Shown here piece after piece: positions 39,479 to 49,694 of a stretch of DNA of 64,000 nucleotides; position 1 is the stretch's first letter; each line of letters starts with the position of its first letter. The stretch comes from Parvibaculum sp. GTDB taxonomy: Bacteria; Pseudomonadota; Alphaproteobacteria; Parvibaculales; Parvibaculaceae. Location: assembly GCF_002694985.1 (NCBI RefSeq), contig NZ_NZNS01000010.1; one strand, 5' to 3'. The notes under the pieces are model-generated. The model saw nothing but the letters and a program-made list of their open reading frames with translations, searched no databases and was not told where the DNA came from. The position numbers were made by a program, and so were the translations under genes.

Positions 39479-41101
39479 TCATTGGGACGCGTTCTGCGAG
39501 GAAGGCGTGTGACGCATGGCTTCACTTGCCTGTATCGCCTGGCGCGCGGGCCTCTGGCGCATCATCAGCGCCGGAACAAGAGCGGCCAGGAAGATAATGC
39601 CGACGATAAAGAAGCTGTCGCGGTAGCCCAGCATATTGCCCTGGCTGTAAATCACGCGACCGAGATAATTCATCGCCCCGGCCTGCCGGATCGCTTCCGG
39701 CACGCCGGCCTGCGCGAGCAAGCCGGTCACATCGTGCAACAAGCCGGTCGTCGTGCTGTTGCCCGCATGCTGCGCCGCCGTGAAGCTGTCCACGTAGAGC
39801 TGTGATCGCCGTTCCAGGGCGATGGAAAGAAGATTGACGCCGAATGCACCGCCAAGCTGGCGCACGAAGTTGATCGCGCCAGAGCCTTGGCCGAGCAGCG
39901 TCATCGGCAGGGCCTTGAGGGCGCCGGCGTTCAGGCTCGGCATGATGAAACCGAGACCGATCCGTCCCAGCATGATCCACCAGACGAACAGCCAGAACGA
40001 CGTATTCGTGTCCACTCCGGTCATCAGGAACGAGGATAGCGCGAAGAGCGCCAAGCCGAACATGACCGTGGCATAGGCCGGCGTTTTGTCGGTCAGCCGC
40101 CCGGCAATGGGGAAGACGATAGCCAGGATCAGGCCCGCCGGCATCAGCAGCAGGCCCGAACGGGTCGGCGTGTAGCCCTGGATCGTCTGGGCGAATAGCG
40201 GAATCAAGAAGGTTGAGCCGTAGATACCCGCCCCGAAGATGAAGGCCACGACCGAGGCACCGGCATAGGTCCAGTTTATGAAAAGCTTGAGATTCAACAT
40301 GGGTGTGGGTGTGCGCAATTCCCAGACGATGAAACCGATGCCCGTGACCAAGGCGAAGGCGAAATCGGTCAGGATTGAATCGGACAGCCAGCCATAGCGT
40401 TGTCCGTTCGACAATCCGTTCAGCAAGGTGACCAGGAACACTGTCAGTAGGCCGAAGCCGATCCAGTCAAACCGGCGCGGCGGACCGGAGGCTGCGCGCC
40501 CCGGCATGAAGAGCGTGGCAAGGAACAGGCCGACGAGGCAGAACGGCACGGCCATGAAGAAGACGTAACGCCAACTGAAGCTGTCCACCATGATGCCGCC
40601 CAAGGTTGGCCCCAGCGCCGGGGCCAACACCACGCCGATGCCGTAGATACCCATGGCCGAGCCGCGCTTTTCCGGCGGAAAGACCTGGAAGATCGTCTGC
40701 ATCGCGAGCGGTTGAAGAATGCCGGCGGCGGCGCCCTGGAGCACCCGCGCCAGAATCAGCACGCCCTCTGCGGGCGCGAGCCCACCCAAGATGGAAGCGA
40801 CGATAAAGACCGATACTGCCAGCATGAAAGTCGCGCGCTGGCCGAGGGTCTCGACCATCCAGGCATTGAGAAGCATGGTTCCGGTCATTGCCGCAAGGAA
40901 GCCGGTGGACAGAAGCTGCGCCTTGTCCTGGCCCATACCGAAGGCGCCCATGATGTCGGGTAAGGCCACATTGACGATGGTGGCGGTCAGGATCGTGGCG
41001 ATCGTGCCCATCATGACCGTTACCGTCACCAGCCAGCGATAGGCTGGGCCGAAGCGGGCGAACAGCCCTTCGATGCTGTCCGGCCGTGGGGCACTAGTCA
41101 C
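39479..41101 (-). CDS. emrB: DHA2-family MFS multidrug efflux pump (EmrB/QacA type, 14 TMS)
   Basis: 540 aa with the VALPDIMGAFG and GxLADRxGxR-like regions. An 8-nt overlap with the upstream HlyD-family gene supports coupling. Confidence 0.8.
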   Translation of the reverse strand: MTSAPRPDSIEGLFARFGPAYRWLVTVTVMMGTIATILTATIVNVALPDIMGAFGMGQDKAQLLSTGFLAAMTGTMLLNAWMVETLGQRATFMLAVSVFIVASILGGLAPAEGVLILARVLQGAAAGILQPLAMQTIFQVFPPEKRGSAMGIYGIGVVLAPALGPTLGGIMVDSFSWRYVFFMAVPFCLVGLFLATLFMPGRAASGPPRRFDWIGFGLLTVFLVTLLNGLSNGQRYGWLSDSILTDFAFALVTGIGFIVWELRTPTPMLNLKLFINWTYAGASVVAFIFGAGIYGSTFLIPLFAQTIQGYTPTRSGLLLMPAGLILAIVFPIAGRLTDKTPAYATVMFGLALFALSSFLMTGVDTNTSFWLFVWWIMLGRIGLGFIMPSLNAGALKALPMTLLGQGSGAINFVRQLGGAFGVNLLSIALERRSQLYVDSFTAAQHAGNSTTTGLLHDVTGLLAQAGVPEAIRQAGAMNYLGRVIYSQGNMLGYRDSFFIVGIIFLAALVPALMMRQRPARQAIQASEAMRHTPSSQNASQ

Positions 41102-42278
41102 TTGCTGTGGCCTCCAGCTCCACCATCATGCCGGGCTTGAGTTCGCCGCCGTCTTGCGCGACCGCGATGCGTACCGGAAGCCGCTGGGTGATCTTGGTGA
41201 AGTTGCCACTCGGATTGGGGTTGGGCAGCAGGGCGAACTCGCTGGTGGCAGCCTGCCCGACGCGCGCGACCGTGCCCTCGAAGCGTCGCCCCGGCAAGGC
41301 ATCCACGGTAATCGTGACGGTCTTTCCGGGCCGGAAAAAGCGGATGTCGGTCTCCTTGACGTTCGCCTCGACGCGCACGCGCTCCGGATCGTGCACCATC
41401 AACAAACGCTGGCCGGGCGTGACGTATTCGCCGGTGTCCACGAAAACCCGGTCCACCACCCCGTCGAACGGCATGACGATGATGCGGTCTTTGAGATCGA
41501 GAGCCGCGCGCTCCCGTTGCGCTTGCAGGCGTTGCTCCTCCGGACCAAGCTCCGCGAGCTGGGTGCGGAGTACCGTGAGTTCCTCGCGCGCGGCTTCGGC
41601 CTCGGCAAGGGCGGCGCGGGCATTCTCCAAGTTGGCCTGCGCGCTCAACGCCTGTTGTTTTGCCGTCTCCAGCGCCGCCCGCGTCTGGTCCAGGCGCGCA
41701 CGGGTGATGGTGCCTCTCGGCGCCAACTTCTCAGCCCGATCATTGTCCTGCCTGGCAAGATCGCGTTGCGCCGCCGCCGCGGCCAGCGCAGCCTCCGCAG
41801 CCCTTACCGCTGCCTCTTTGGCAGCGATCCGGCTCGTCGTCTGGCGATCGGTCAGTGCGATTCGGGCCTCGATTTCCTCCCGGCGACGGGCGATGCCAGC
41901 GATCTGCGCATCAAGTTCCTGAATGAGCAGACGGCTTTCCCGGTCGTCGATCCGGACCAGCACACCGCCGTTCCGGGCGGCATCGCCCTCGATGACCTCG
42001 ACGGCCGTGACCCAGCCGGGAACCCGGCTGCTCAGGGCGACAATGTCGGCCGCGACGCGGGCATCCGTGACAAAGACGTGGGTGAACTGCTGATACAGCC
42101 ACCAGCCCCCGGCTCCGAGAACGATGAGCGCCGCCAGGATTGCGCCATAGAGCCGCCATGCCCGCGCAGGGGCTGGCGGTGAAACAGACTCCGATGCCGC
42201 TTCCGTCTCGGTATCCGCGACCGGGGATAGATCGGTCTCATCGCTCTGGCATTCCAGATGACTCATATGCTGATCCAT
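41094..42278 (-). CDS. emrA: HlyD/EmrA-family membrane fusion protein
   Basis: N-terminal TM helix, a long coiled coil (AALAAAAAQRDLARQDNDRAEKL...), and beta-barrel/lipoyl regions. Confidence 0.8.
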   Translation of the reverse strand: MDQHMSHLECQSDETDLSPVADTETEAASESVSPPAPARAWRLYGAILAALIVLGAGGWWLYQQFTHVFVTDARVAADIVALSSRVPGWVTAVEVIEGDAARNGGVLVRIDDRESRLLIQELDAQIAGIARRREEIEARIALTDRQTTSRIAAKEAAVRAAEAALAAAAAQRDLARQDNDRAEKLAPRGTITRARLDQTRAALETAKQQALSAQANLENARAALAEAEAAREELTVLRTQLAELGPEEQRLQAQRERAALDLKDRIIVMPFDGVVDRVFVDTGEYVTPGQRLLMVHDPERVRVEANVKETDIRFFRPGKTVTITVDALPGRRFEGTVARVGQAATSEFALLPNPNPSGNFTKITQRLPVRIAVAQDGGELKPGMMVELEATASD

Positions 42279-42281
42279 GGC

Positions 42282-42764
42282 TCACCTGTCCATCCGGGTT
42301 TCGCGCACAAGCTGCGTCGCTCTTGGCGGACCGCCCAACTTGCTGGCGATCTGGTCGAAAACCTTCAGACAGGTCGTCACCTCGGTATGGGATATGTCGG
42401 AGAAGATTTCTGCGCGCACTGCCGCCGCAGCCTCTTCGATCCGTTCCAGGATGGGGGCGGCCTCTGCGCGCAGGTGAACCGATTTGGTGCGGCGGTCGGC
42501 GGCTTCTGTCCGACGCTCGATCAGCCCCTCGGCCTCAAGCCTGTCGAGGGTGCGCACAAGGGTCGGTCCCTGCACCCCGACCGCCTCGGCCAGTTCCCGC
42601 TGGGTTACGGATTCGGGCAAGCGAGAGAGATGTAACAGTGTCAACCAGCGGGATTCAGTGAGGCCAAAGGTGGCCAGTTGCCGGTCGATCTCGCCCCGCC
42701 ACAGCCGGGCGACCAAGCCGATGCGAAAACCGAATTGTTCCTGATCGTCGAGAGGCTTTGTCAT
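42282..42764 (-). CDS. MarR-family regulator of the efflux operon
   Basis: Start trimmed to MTKPLDD. Winged helix ELAEAVGVQGPTLVRTLDRLEAEGLIERRTEAADRRTK. Confidence 0.85.
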   Translation of the reverse strand: MTKPLDDQEQFGFRIGLVARLWRGEIDRQLATFGLTESRWLTLLHLSRLPESVTQRELAEAVGVQGPTLVRTLDRLEAEGLIERRTEAADRRTKSVHLRAEAAPILERIEEAAAAVRAEIFSDISHTEVTTCLKVFDQIASKLGGPPRATQLVRETRMDR

Positions 42765-42914
42765 CTGATTGCCTGCATGGTTGTCATACCGGTTTATATC
42801 TAAAAGATAGCTACCTATCAAATGTTCGGATAGATATAGGTTCCGATGGCTGCACTGTCTACAGCGTCGGCTACAACGCCGGGAAAAGCGTCCCATCCGG
42901 AAAGGAGAACCAAG

Positions 42915-43364
42915 ATGTATCGTACGATCCTCATGGCCTATGATGGCAGCCGGCAAGGCCGCGAGGCGTTGCAGCAGGGGACCGAGCTGGCCTCGCTTTG
43001 CCGGGCTCGTATCTATCTCCTCGCCGTCGTTGCCCACGAACTGGGTGTGGCGCTTGCTGAGGCGGCAGCTCCCTCAGACTTGCCAGAACGAGAATATCAG
43101 GAAGTGCGCCGCCTCCTTACGGAGACCGCCAAGACCTTGCAGGCATCTGGTCTACAGGTCGAAACTCGCTTGGCCTTGGGCAATCCAGCAGAAGAAATCG
43201 GGCGCACAGCCCGTGAGGTCGGCGCGGATCTGATCGTCGTTGGCCACCGCGAACAGACCGCGCTGGCGCGATGGTGGCGCGGCTCCACTGGCGCTTCCTT
43301 GCTTGCTCACGCGCCGTGCAGTTTGCTGGTTGCTGTGTTGAAGGGAGATCGCGAACAGCGTTGA
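42915..43364 (+). CDS. Universal stress protein (UspA family)
   Basis: Start at MYRTILMAYDGS, preceded by AAAGGAG. C-terminal motif GHREQTALARWWRGSTGASLLAHAPCSLLV. Confidence 0.85.
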   Translation: MYRTILMAYDGSRQGREALQQGTELASLCRARIYLLAVVAHELGVALAEAAAPSDLPEREYQEVRRLLTETAKTLQASGLQVETRLALGNPAEEIGRTAREVGADLIVVGHREQTALARWWRGSTGASLLAHAPCSLLVAVLKGDREQR

Positions 43365-43440
43365 TAAGGCTGGACGCTCTCCAGATTGACACCGGCTTCT
43401 TAAGCCGTCGGGTGCCGGTTCGGGGGTAAACGATTCATTC

Positions 43441-43602
43441 GTGATTTTTCCCCTTCGCGGTCCAGAGCGCCCGCGCATGTTCACCCGCGAGGGCAGGCGC
43501 TACCGCTATTATACCTGCTCGATGAAGGCGCGGCAGGGACCGACCGCCTGCACAGGCATGGCCGTTCCGATGCAGAAGCTGGACGATCTGGTCGCCAATC
43601 AT
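43441..43602 (+). pseudogene. Remnant of a large serine recombinase (zinc-ribbon segment only)
   Basis: FTREGRRYRYYTCSMKARQGPTACTGMAVPMQKLDDLVANHL resembles the GRYRYYxCSxxxxxGxxxCxGxxxPxxxLDxLV segment of alphaproteobacterial recombinase-family proteins. There is no catalytic N-domain, and the frame is cut at the repeat junction. Confidence 0.6.
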
Positions 43603-43753
43603 CTTCAGCGACACGGCCTATCTGAAACCGCGACGCGCAGCGCAGATCGCCAGAACAAACTGACCAACCACCCATCGGCCCGCAAACGCACTGCGGGACG
43701 TACGTTAACCATGATTGGCGGACGCGTTGTAGCATTTCTGCCGCAGCCCGCGA
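43603..43753. repeat. Direct repeat copy 2
   Basis: See copy 1. In the proper frame it still encodes SDTAYLKPRRAAQIARTN-stop. Confidence 0.9.
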
Positions 43754-43872
43754 CGATCTCTTCAGGAAACACGCAGGTCCCAGCGCGCAGGTCACAACGC
43801 ACCGCATGCCACGCCGCCACCCGGCGCACGGAAAAACCCATTCAAACGCATGAAAATAAAAGGAAATCGCGC

Positions 43873-43962
43873 TGGCGGAGGGAGAGGGATTCGAACCCTC
43901 GATACGGTTACCCGCATACACGCTTTCCAAGCGTGCGCCTTCAGCCACTCGGCCACCCCTCC
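43873..43962 (-). tRNA. tRNA-Ser (anticodon GGA)
   Basis: Minus strand GGAGGGGTGGCCGAGTGGCTGAAGGCGCACGCTTGGAAAGCGTGTATGCGGGTAACCGTATCGAGGGTTCGAATCCCTCTCCCTCCGCCA. It shows a cloverleaf with a long variable arm, the GGTTCGAATCC T-loop and an encoded CCA. Confidence 0.93.
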
Positions 43963-44154
43963 AGATCGTCCCTAGAAGCGGACGATTGCGGCGGCACTAT
44001 ACGCAACAAAAGCCCCGAAGCAACCGGAGAAACGGGGCCTAGGCCTTTGATCTGTCAAACTTCTTCATACGCTGTGCTTGTTTGGCACACTCGATCCAGC
44101 TACCGTTCGGCGGTCATTTTCTATAACACCGCGTTGGGCTGGGGGGCTCGTGTC

Positions 44155-44451
44155 ATGGTCGTTTTCAGGCTTCTTGGATTTCTTTTCATTGTCGCTGCCT
44201 TGATGGCGCTGGGCTCGGATGCGTTGCTTTCGCTCGAAAACGGCGAAGTCACCATGCGTTCGTTCAGCGAGCTCTGGGCGCTGCTGCATGAAGGAAGCCG
44301 CGATGCTTTCACTGGCTGGGTGAGCTCGGGCGCGCCTGAAGGTCTCAAAATGCCGATCGATGCGGTAATGGGTTTTCCGGCCTGGGGTGTGCTCGGCATC
44401 ATCGGTATCGTGCTTGCGGGTCTGATCGCGCTGCTCCGCCGCGCCGACTGA
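44155..44451 (+). CDS. Small two-TM membrane protein, unknown function
   Basis: 98 aa (MVVFRLLGFLFIVAALMALG...GVLGIIGIVLAGLIALL), followed by a strong terminator. Confidence 0.55.
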   Translation: MVVFRLLGFLFIVAALMALGSDALLSLENGEVTMRSFSELWALLHEGSRDAFTGWVSSGAPEGLKMPIDAVMGFPAWGVLGIIGIVLAGLIALLRRAD

Positions 44452-44472
44452 CCACGCATTGCACCGCCATCG

Positions 44473-44502
44473 AAAAAGGCCGTCCCGAGGGACGGCCTTT
44501 TT
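44473..44502. terminator. Bidirectional terminator (small membrane protein / lepA)
   Basis: AAAAAGGCCGTCCC-GA-GGGACGGCCTTTTT. Confidence 0.85.
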
Positions 44503-44526
44503 CTGTTCCGGAAGGCGGCTGGCGCC

Positions 44527-46329
44527 CTAGTTCGCGTCCATCTTGAGCGCTGAGATGAAGGCATCCTGCGGAATCTCGACGCGGCCAAACTGCCGCATCT
44601 TCTTCTTGCCTTCCTTCTGCTTCTCCAGAAGCTTGCGCTTGCGGGAGATATCGCCGCCATAGCACTTCGCCGTCACGTCCTTGCGCATGGCCGAAATCGT
44701 TTCGCGCGCGACGACGCGCCCGCCGATGGCCGCCTGGATCGGGATCTTGAAGAGGTGCTTGGGGATCAGTTCCTTCAGCTTCTCGCACATGACCCGGCCG
44801 CGCTGTTCGGCGCGCGAGCGATGCACGATGGTCGCCAGCGCGTCCACCGGCTCCTCATTGACGAGGATCGACATCTTCACGAGGTCACCCGGCTCATATC
44901 CTTCGATCTGGTAGTCGAAGCTCGCATAGCCACGGCTCACGGACTTCAGCCGGTCGTAGAAATCGAGCACCACTTCGTTCAGCGGCAGGTGATAGACGAG
45001 CATGGCGCGTGCGCCCGCATAGGTCAGGTCGATCTGGGTGCCGCGCCTGTCCTCGCAGAGCTTCAGCACTGCACCGAGAAACTCGTCTGGCACAAGGATC
45101 GTCGCCTTGATCCAGGGTTCCTCGATATGGTCGATGCGGGTCGGATCCGGCATGTCGGCCGGGTTGTGCATCTCCTTAATCGAGCCGTCCACCATGTGGA
45201 GCTGATAAATGACCGAGGGCGCCGTGGTGATGAGGTCGATGTTGAATTCGCGCTCAAGACGCTCACGCACGATTTCGAGATGGAGAAGCCCCAGAAAACC
45301 GCAACGAAAGCCGAAGCCAAGCGCGGCGGATGTTTCCATCTCGTATTCGAAGCTGGCGTCGTTCAGCCGAAGCCTGCCCATCGCGTCGCGCAAATCCTCG
45401 AAGTCGGCCGCATCCACCGGAAAGAGGCCGCAGAAAACAACGGGCTGGGCCGGCTGAAAGCCCGGCAACGCCGTGGCGGTAGGACGCTTTTCTTCCGTCA
45501 CCGTGTCGCCGACGCGCGTATCGGCCACTTCCTTGATCGAGGCCGTGAAAAAACCGATCTCGCCCGGCGTCAGGCTCGCGACATTCTCCTTTTTCGGCTT
45601 GAAGATACCGACCTGGTCGATCGTGTAGGTACCGCCCGTCTTCATCATCTTGACGCGCTGACCCTTCTTCATCTCGCCGTCAATGATGCGCACCAGCACG
45701 ACGACGCCCAGATAGGCGTCATACCAGCTATCGACCAGCATCGCCTTCAGGGGTGCCGACTGGTCGCCCTTCGGCGCGGGCAGCCGGTTCACGATCGCTT
45801 CCAGCACATCGGGAATACCGATACCGCTTTTTGCTGAAATCTCGACAGCGTCCGACGCATCGAGGCCGATCACATCCTCGATCTGCCGGCGCGTCCGCTC
45901 CGGGTCTGCGGCGGGCAGGTCGATCTTGTTGAGGACCGGCACGATCTCGTGGTTCACGTCGAGCGCATGATAGACGTTGGCAAGCGTCTGCGCCTCGACA
46001 CCCTGGCTCGCGTCCACAACGAGAAGCGAGCCCTCACACGCTGCCAGCGAACGGTTCACCTCATAGGCGAAGTCTACATGGCCGGGCGTGTCGATCAGGT
46101 TCAGCTCATAGGTCTCGCCGTTATTCGCCTTGTATTCGAGGCGGACGGTCTGGGCCTTGATGGTGATGCCGCGCTCGCGCTCGATATCCATCGAGTCGAG
46201 CACCTGCTCCTTCATCTCGCGCACGGTCAGCCCGCCGCAAAGCTGGATGAGCCGGTCGGCAAGGGTTGATTTGCCGTGGTCGATATGGGCGATGATCGAG
46301 AAATTGCGGATATGAGAAAGGTCGGTCAT
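44527..46329 (-). CDS. lepA: Elongation factor 4
   Basis: Start trimmed to [40 protein letters not shown] and the LepA C-terminal domain are present. Confidence 0.97.
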   Translation of the reverse strand: MTDLSHIRNFSIIAHIDHGKSTLADRLIQLCGGLTVREMKEQVLDSMDIERERGITIKAQTVRLEYKANNGETYELNLIDTPGHVDFAYEVNRSLAACEGSLLVVDASQGVEAQTLANVYHALDVNHEIVPVLNKIDLPAADPERTRRQIEDVIGLDASDAVEISAKSGIGIPDVLEAIVNRLPAPKGDQSAPLKAMLVDSWYDAYLGVVVLVRIIDGEMKKGQRVKMMKTGGTYTIDQVGIFKPKKENVASLTPGEIGFFTASIKEVADTRVGDTVTEEKRPTATALPGFQPAQPVVFCGLFPVDAADFEDLRDAMGRLRLNDASFEYEMETSAALGFGFRCGFLGLLHLEIVRERLEREFNIDLITTAPSVIYQLHMVDGSIKEMHNPADMPDPTRIDHIEEPWIKATILVPDEFLGAVLKLCEDRRGTQIDLTYAGARAMLVYHLPLNEVVLDFYDRLKSVSRGYASFDYQIEGYEPGDLVKMSILVNEEPVDALATIVHRSRAEQRGRVMCEKLKELIPKHLFKIPIQAAIGGRVVARETISAMRKDVTAKCYGGDISRKRKLLEKQKEGKKKMRQFGRVEIPQDAFISALKMDAN

Positions 46330-46394
46330 GGGGCCTACTGATGCTCGGACGGGCCCATATAGCATTGGCCGGAGTTTAAGCCAATTGGCGCCTT

Positions 46395-47240
46395 CTATCC
46401 CTGCCAGTCGGCACGGCGCTTCTCCATCCAGGCCTTGACCCCTTCCTTGTAGTCGGGGTGCTTGATCATCTCCTCCAGAAGCCGCTCGGCAGCCACCACC
46501 GCGCCAGCCGCGTCGCGGTGGAGATCGGTATAGACCTGCTTCTTCGTCTCCCTCAGCGAGCCCGGCGAGACACCGTCCGCCATCTTCCTCGCATAATCCA
46601 TGACATGGGGCATAAGCTCATCAGGCGGCAGCAGCTTGTTGAGGAAGCCCATTTCCATTGCCTCGTCCGAGGTGAAGACGCGGCTCGACAGCAGGATGTC
46701 GTTTGCATGCGTCAGGCCGACAATCCGCGGCAATACCCAGGAAAGGCCGAATTCCGCCGGAAAGTTGAAGCGGCCATGGGCGGCGGTGAACTTCGCACCG
46801 GGCACGCCGAAGCGCAGATCCGCATAGGCCGCGAGCACGAGGCCGACACCCGCCGCCGCGCCGTTGATCGCGGCGATCACAGGCTTCGTCAGGCCGAAAT
46901 GATAGGCGAAGGTCGCATCGAACTCGGGCGCAATGCCATAGCCGGGCTTTGCGATGTCATCGCCCGTACCGCTGTCGTAGCGACCCTTTTCGGAATGCCC
47001 CTCAAGGGCGGCCATGTCCGCGCCTGCGCAAAAGGCCTTTCCTTCCGGATCACCTGTCACGACGATCACGCGCACTTTCGGGTCCTTGTCCGCTTCCGCC
47101 AGCACCCAGCGATATTCGGTGTGCATCCGCCCCGTCCAGGCATTGCGGCGCTTCGGGCGCGAGAGCGTGACGATCGCGATGCCATCCGAGAGATCGTAGC
47201 GGATCGTCTTCAGTTCCATGACTTCCCCCTGCCCCGACAT
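46395..47240 (-). CDS. Enoyl-CoA hydratase/isomerase (crotonase) family protein
   Basis: FCAGADM oxyanion-hole motif and the crotonase fold length. The start may be M8 (MELKT). Confidence 0.8.
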   Translation of the reverse strand: MSGQGEVMELKTIRYDLSDGIAIVTLSRPKRRNAWTGRMHTEYRWVLAEADKDPKVRVIVVTGDPEGKAFCAGADMAALEGHSEKGRYDSGTGDDIAKPGYGIAPEFDATFAYHFGLTKPVIAAINGAAAGVGLVLAAYADLRFGVPGAKFTAAHGRFNFPAEFGLSWVLPRIVGLTHANDILLSSRVFTSDEAMEMGFLNKLLPPDELMPHVMDYARKMADGVSPGSLRETKKQVYTDLHRDAAGAVVAAERLLEEMIKHPDYKEGVKAWMEKRRADWQG

Positions 47241-47258
47241 GGTTCCGAGCGAGGTATT

Positions 47259-49694
47259 CTAGCCCCTCAGCGTACCGCCTGTCGCCTTTTCGACCGCCGC
47301 GACGATCTTCTTCGACACGGCGTCGATTTCCTCGTCCGTCAGCGTCTTCTCGACCGGCTGCAAGGTCACTTCGATGGCAAGCGACTTTTGTCCTTCGCCG
47401 AGTGAGCCACCCTCGAAGACGTCGAAGAGCGATACATCGGTGATGAGCTTCTTGTCGGCGCCACGCGCGGCGCGGATCACCTGATCCGCCGTCACGCTCT
47501 CCGCGACAACGAAAGCGAAGTCGCGGCGAAGCGGCTGCAAGTCCGACATGTCGAGCGGTGGCTTCGCGCGCGTTGCCTTGCGCTTCGGCTCCGGGATCGC
47601 GTCAGGGAAAATCTCGAAACCGACGATGGGTCCTGCGACATCCATCGCATCCAGCACGCGCGGATGCAGTTCACCGAAATAGCCGATGATGTTTTTCGGG
47701 CCGAGACGGAACACGCCGGACCGTCCGGGGTGATACCAGGAGGGGGCATCCGCCGCGATCTGGAAACTCGCAACAGGCGCACCCAGCGCGGAGAGAAGCG
47801 CGACCGCATCTTCCTTCGCATCCATCGCCTCGACAGAACCGGCCTTGCCCTGCCAGTGGCGGCCCGCGCCTTGCGGGCGCGCCGTGCCCCGGCGAAGCCC
47901 CGTCGCCGCGAGCACCTGGCCCGAGGGCTCATCGCTCTCGAATTGCTGGCCGACTTCGAACATCGCAATATCCGAAACCCCGCGCGCCATGTTGCGCCCC
48001 GCCGCCGCGATCAATCCGGCAAGCAGGCTTGGCCGCATATGGCTCATTTCGGCGGAGATCGGATTCGCGAGTTTCAGCGCAGGCGTCGCCTTGCCGCCGC
48101 CGAAAAGATCGGCTTCCCGCTCCGCAATGAAGGACCAGTTGACGGTCTCGACCAGTCCGCGTGCGGCGAGAGCCCGGCGCGCGGTGCGTTCGCGGCGCTG
48201 GCGGGGCGAGAGCACGGGCTTTGCCACCGCGTGCAAGCGCGGCAGCGGCGTCGATTTCACTTCGGAAAGCCCATGCACGCGGACAACCTCTTCTACGAGG
48301 TCCGCGGCCCCGTCGATATCGGGCCGCCAGGACGGCACCGTGACGGAGAGAAGCGCGCCCGCATCCGACACGCCAAAGCCGAGCGCGGTGAGGATCGCCA
48401 CCGCTTCCGATTTCGGTAGCGAAAGGCCGGTCAGCTTTTCGATACGCGCGGGATCGAACTCGATCACCTTCGATGTGTTGGGCACCTTGCCCGCCACGAC
48501 AACATTCGACGGTTCGCCGCCGCACATATCAAGGATCATCTTTGTCGCGAGTTCGAGGCCCGGCAGTACGAACTCCGGGTCGACGCCGCGCTCGAAGCGG
48601 TAGCGTGCATCCGAGACGATGCCGGTGTCGCGGCCCGTACGCGCCGTGCGATAGGGATCGAAATAGGCGCTTTCGACGAAGACATCCGTGGTTTCTTCCG
48701 TCGAGCCGCTTTCCTCGCCGCCCATCACGCCGCCAAGACCGAGCACCTTCTCGTCGTCGGCGATGACAGTGAAATGCGGCTCCATCTCGTAGGTTTTGCC
48801 GTCGAGCGCGAGCAGCGTCTCACCCTTGCGCCCGAGGCGCGCGCGGATATTGCCCTTGAGCTTCGCCGCGTCATAGACATGCAGCGGGCGGGCGCGGTCC
48901 AGCGAAATGAAGTTCGTGATATCGACCAGCGCATTGATCGGACGCAGACCAACTGCCTTCAGATAAGTCTGCAACCATTCGGGCGAGGGGCCGTTCTTTA
49001 CACCGCGAATGAGACGGCCCGCGAAGACCGGGCAGGCACTCGCCGCATCCGCCGGGAAGTCGAGTTCGATGCCGATCGGGCTTTCGAACTTGCCTTCGAC
49101 CGGCGTGAGGTCGCCTTCAAGCAGGCGTCCGAGGCCCGCCGCCGCAAGATCGCGCGCGACACCATAAACGCCGAGGCAATCCGGACGGTTCGGCGTGATC
49201 GCAATTTCGATGACGGGATCGTTCCGGCCCAGCACTTCGGCCGCGGGCGTGCCGACCTTCCAGTCGCCTTTCAGGTCGATAATGCCTTCATGTTCGTCGG
49301 AGAGCTCGAGCTCGCGCTCGGAACACATCATGCCGTTCGATTCGACACCGCGAATCTTGGTCGGCTTCAGCACCATGCCGTTCACGGGGATCGTCGCGCC
49401 GGGCGGGGCGAAGATACCTGTCATGCCGGCGCGCGCATTGGGCGCGCCGCAGACGACCTGCAACTGTTTCACTTCGCCTTCGACAAGCGCCTCGACCTTC
49501 AGCACTTGCAGCTTGTCGGCGTCGGGATGAGGGCCGGCTTCCAGCACCTTCGCGACGGAGAAGACCTCGAGCTTCCTTGCCGGGTCTTCGACGCCCTCGA
49601 CCTCAAGGCCGAGCATGGTCAGCTTCTCGACGATAGCGTCGAGCGAGGCATCGGTTTCAAGCGAGTTCTTCAACCAGGAGAGGGTGAATTTCAC
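47259..49694 (-). CDS. pheT: Phenylalanine--tRNA ligase beta subunit
   Basis: 811 aa starting MKFTLSWLK, with tRNA-binding, B3/4, B5 and FDX-ACB regions. It overlaps the pheS stop. Confidence 0.97.
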   Translation of the reverse strand: MKFTLSWLKNSLETDASLDAIVEKLTMLGLEVEGVEDPARKLEVFSVAKVLEAGPHPDADKLQVLKVEALVEGEVKQLQVVCGAPNARAGMTGIFAPPGATIPVNGMVLKPTKIRGVESNGMMCSERELELSDEHEGIIDLKGDWKVGTPAAEVLGRNDPVIEIAITPNRPDCLGVYGVARDLAAAGLGRLLEGDLTPVEGKFESPIGIELDFPADAASACPVFAGRLIRGVKNGPSPEWLQTYLKAVGLRPINALVDITNFISLDRARPLHVYDAAKLKGNIRARLGRKGETLLALDGKTYEMEPHFTVIADDEKVLGLGGVMGGEESGSTEETTDVFVESAYFDPYRTARTGRDTGIVSDARYRFERGVDPEFVLPGLELATKMILDMCGGEPSNVVVAGKVPNTSKVIEFDPARIEKLTGLSLPKSEAVAILTALGFGVSDAGALLSVTVPSWRPDIDGAADLVEEVVRVHGLSEVKSTPLPRLHAVAKPVLSPRQRRERTARRALAARGLVETVNWSFIAEREADLFGGGKATPALKLANPISAEMSHMRPSLLAGLIAAAGRNMARGVSDIAMFEVGQQFESDEPSGQVLAATGLRRGTARPQGAGRHWQGKAGSVEAMDAKEDAVALLSALGAPVASFQIAADAPSWYHPGRSGVFRLGPKNIIGYFGELHPRVLDAMDVAGPIVGFEIFPDAIPEPKRKATRAKPPLDMSDLQPLRRDFAFVVAESVTADQVIRAARGADKKLITDVSLFDVFEGGSLGEGQKSLAIEVTLQPVEKTLTDEEIDAVSKKIVAAVEKATGGTLRG

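Larger units (their letters stand above)
39191..43753. mobile_element. Degenerate integrated islet (efflux + stress genes + recombinase remnant) bounded by direct repeats
   Basis: Flanking direct repeats, a truncated serine-recombinase fragment abutting the right repeat, and tRNA-Ser 120 bp further right. Confidence 0.5.

Noticed and set aside
39238-39525. Two similar minus-strand ORFs (39238..39525 and 43605..43841) sharing RPPIMVNV...LRAD...LVSLF.
   Set aside because: The similarity is simply the antisense translation of the two direct-repeat copies. It is not a duplicated gene.
43441-44451. 336-aa ORF spanning the recombinase remnant, repeat copy 2, the antisense of tRNA-Ser and the small membrane protein.
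   Set aside because: It is a chimeric read-through of unrelated segments. Only the first about 54 codons (recombinase relic) and the last 98 codons (membrane protein from ATG 44155) make biological sense.
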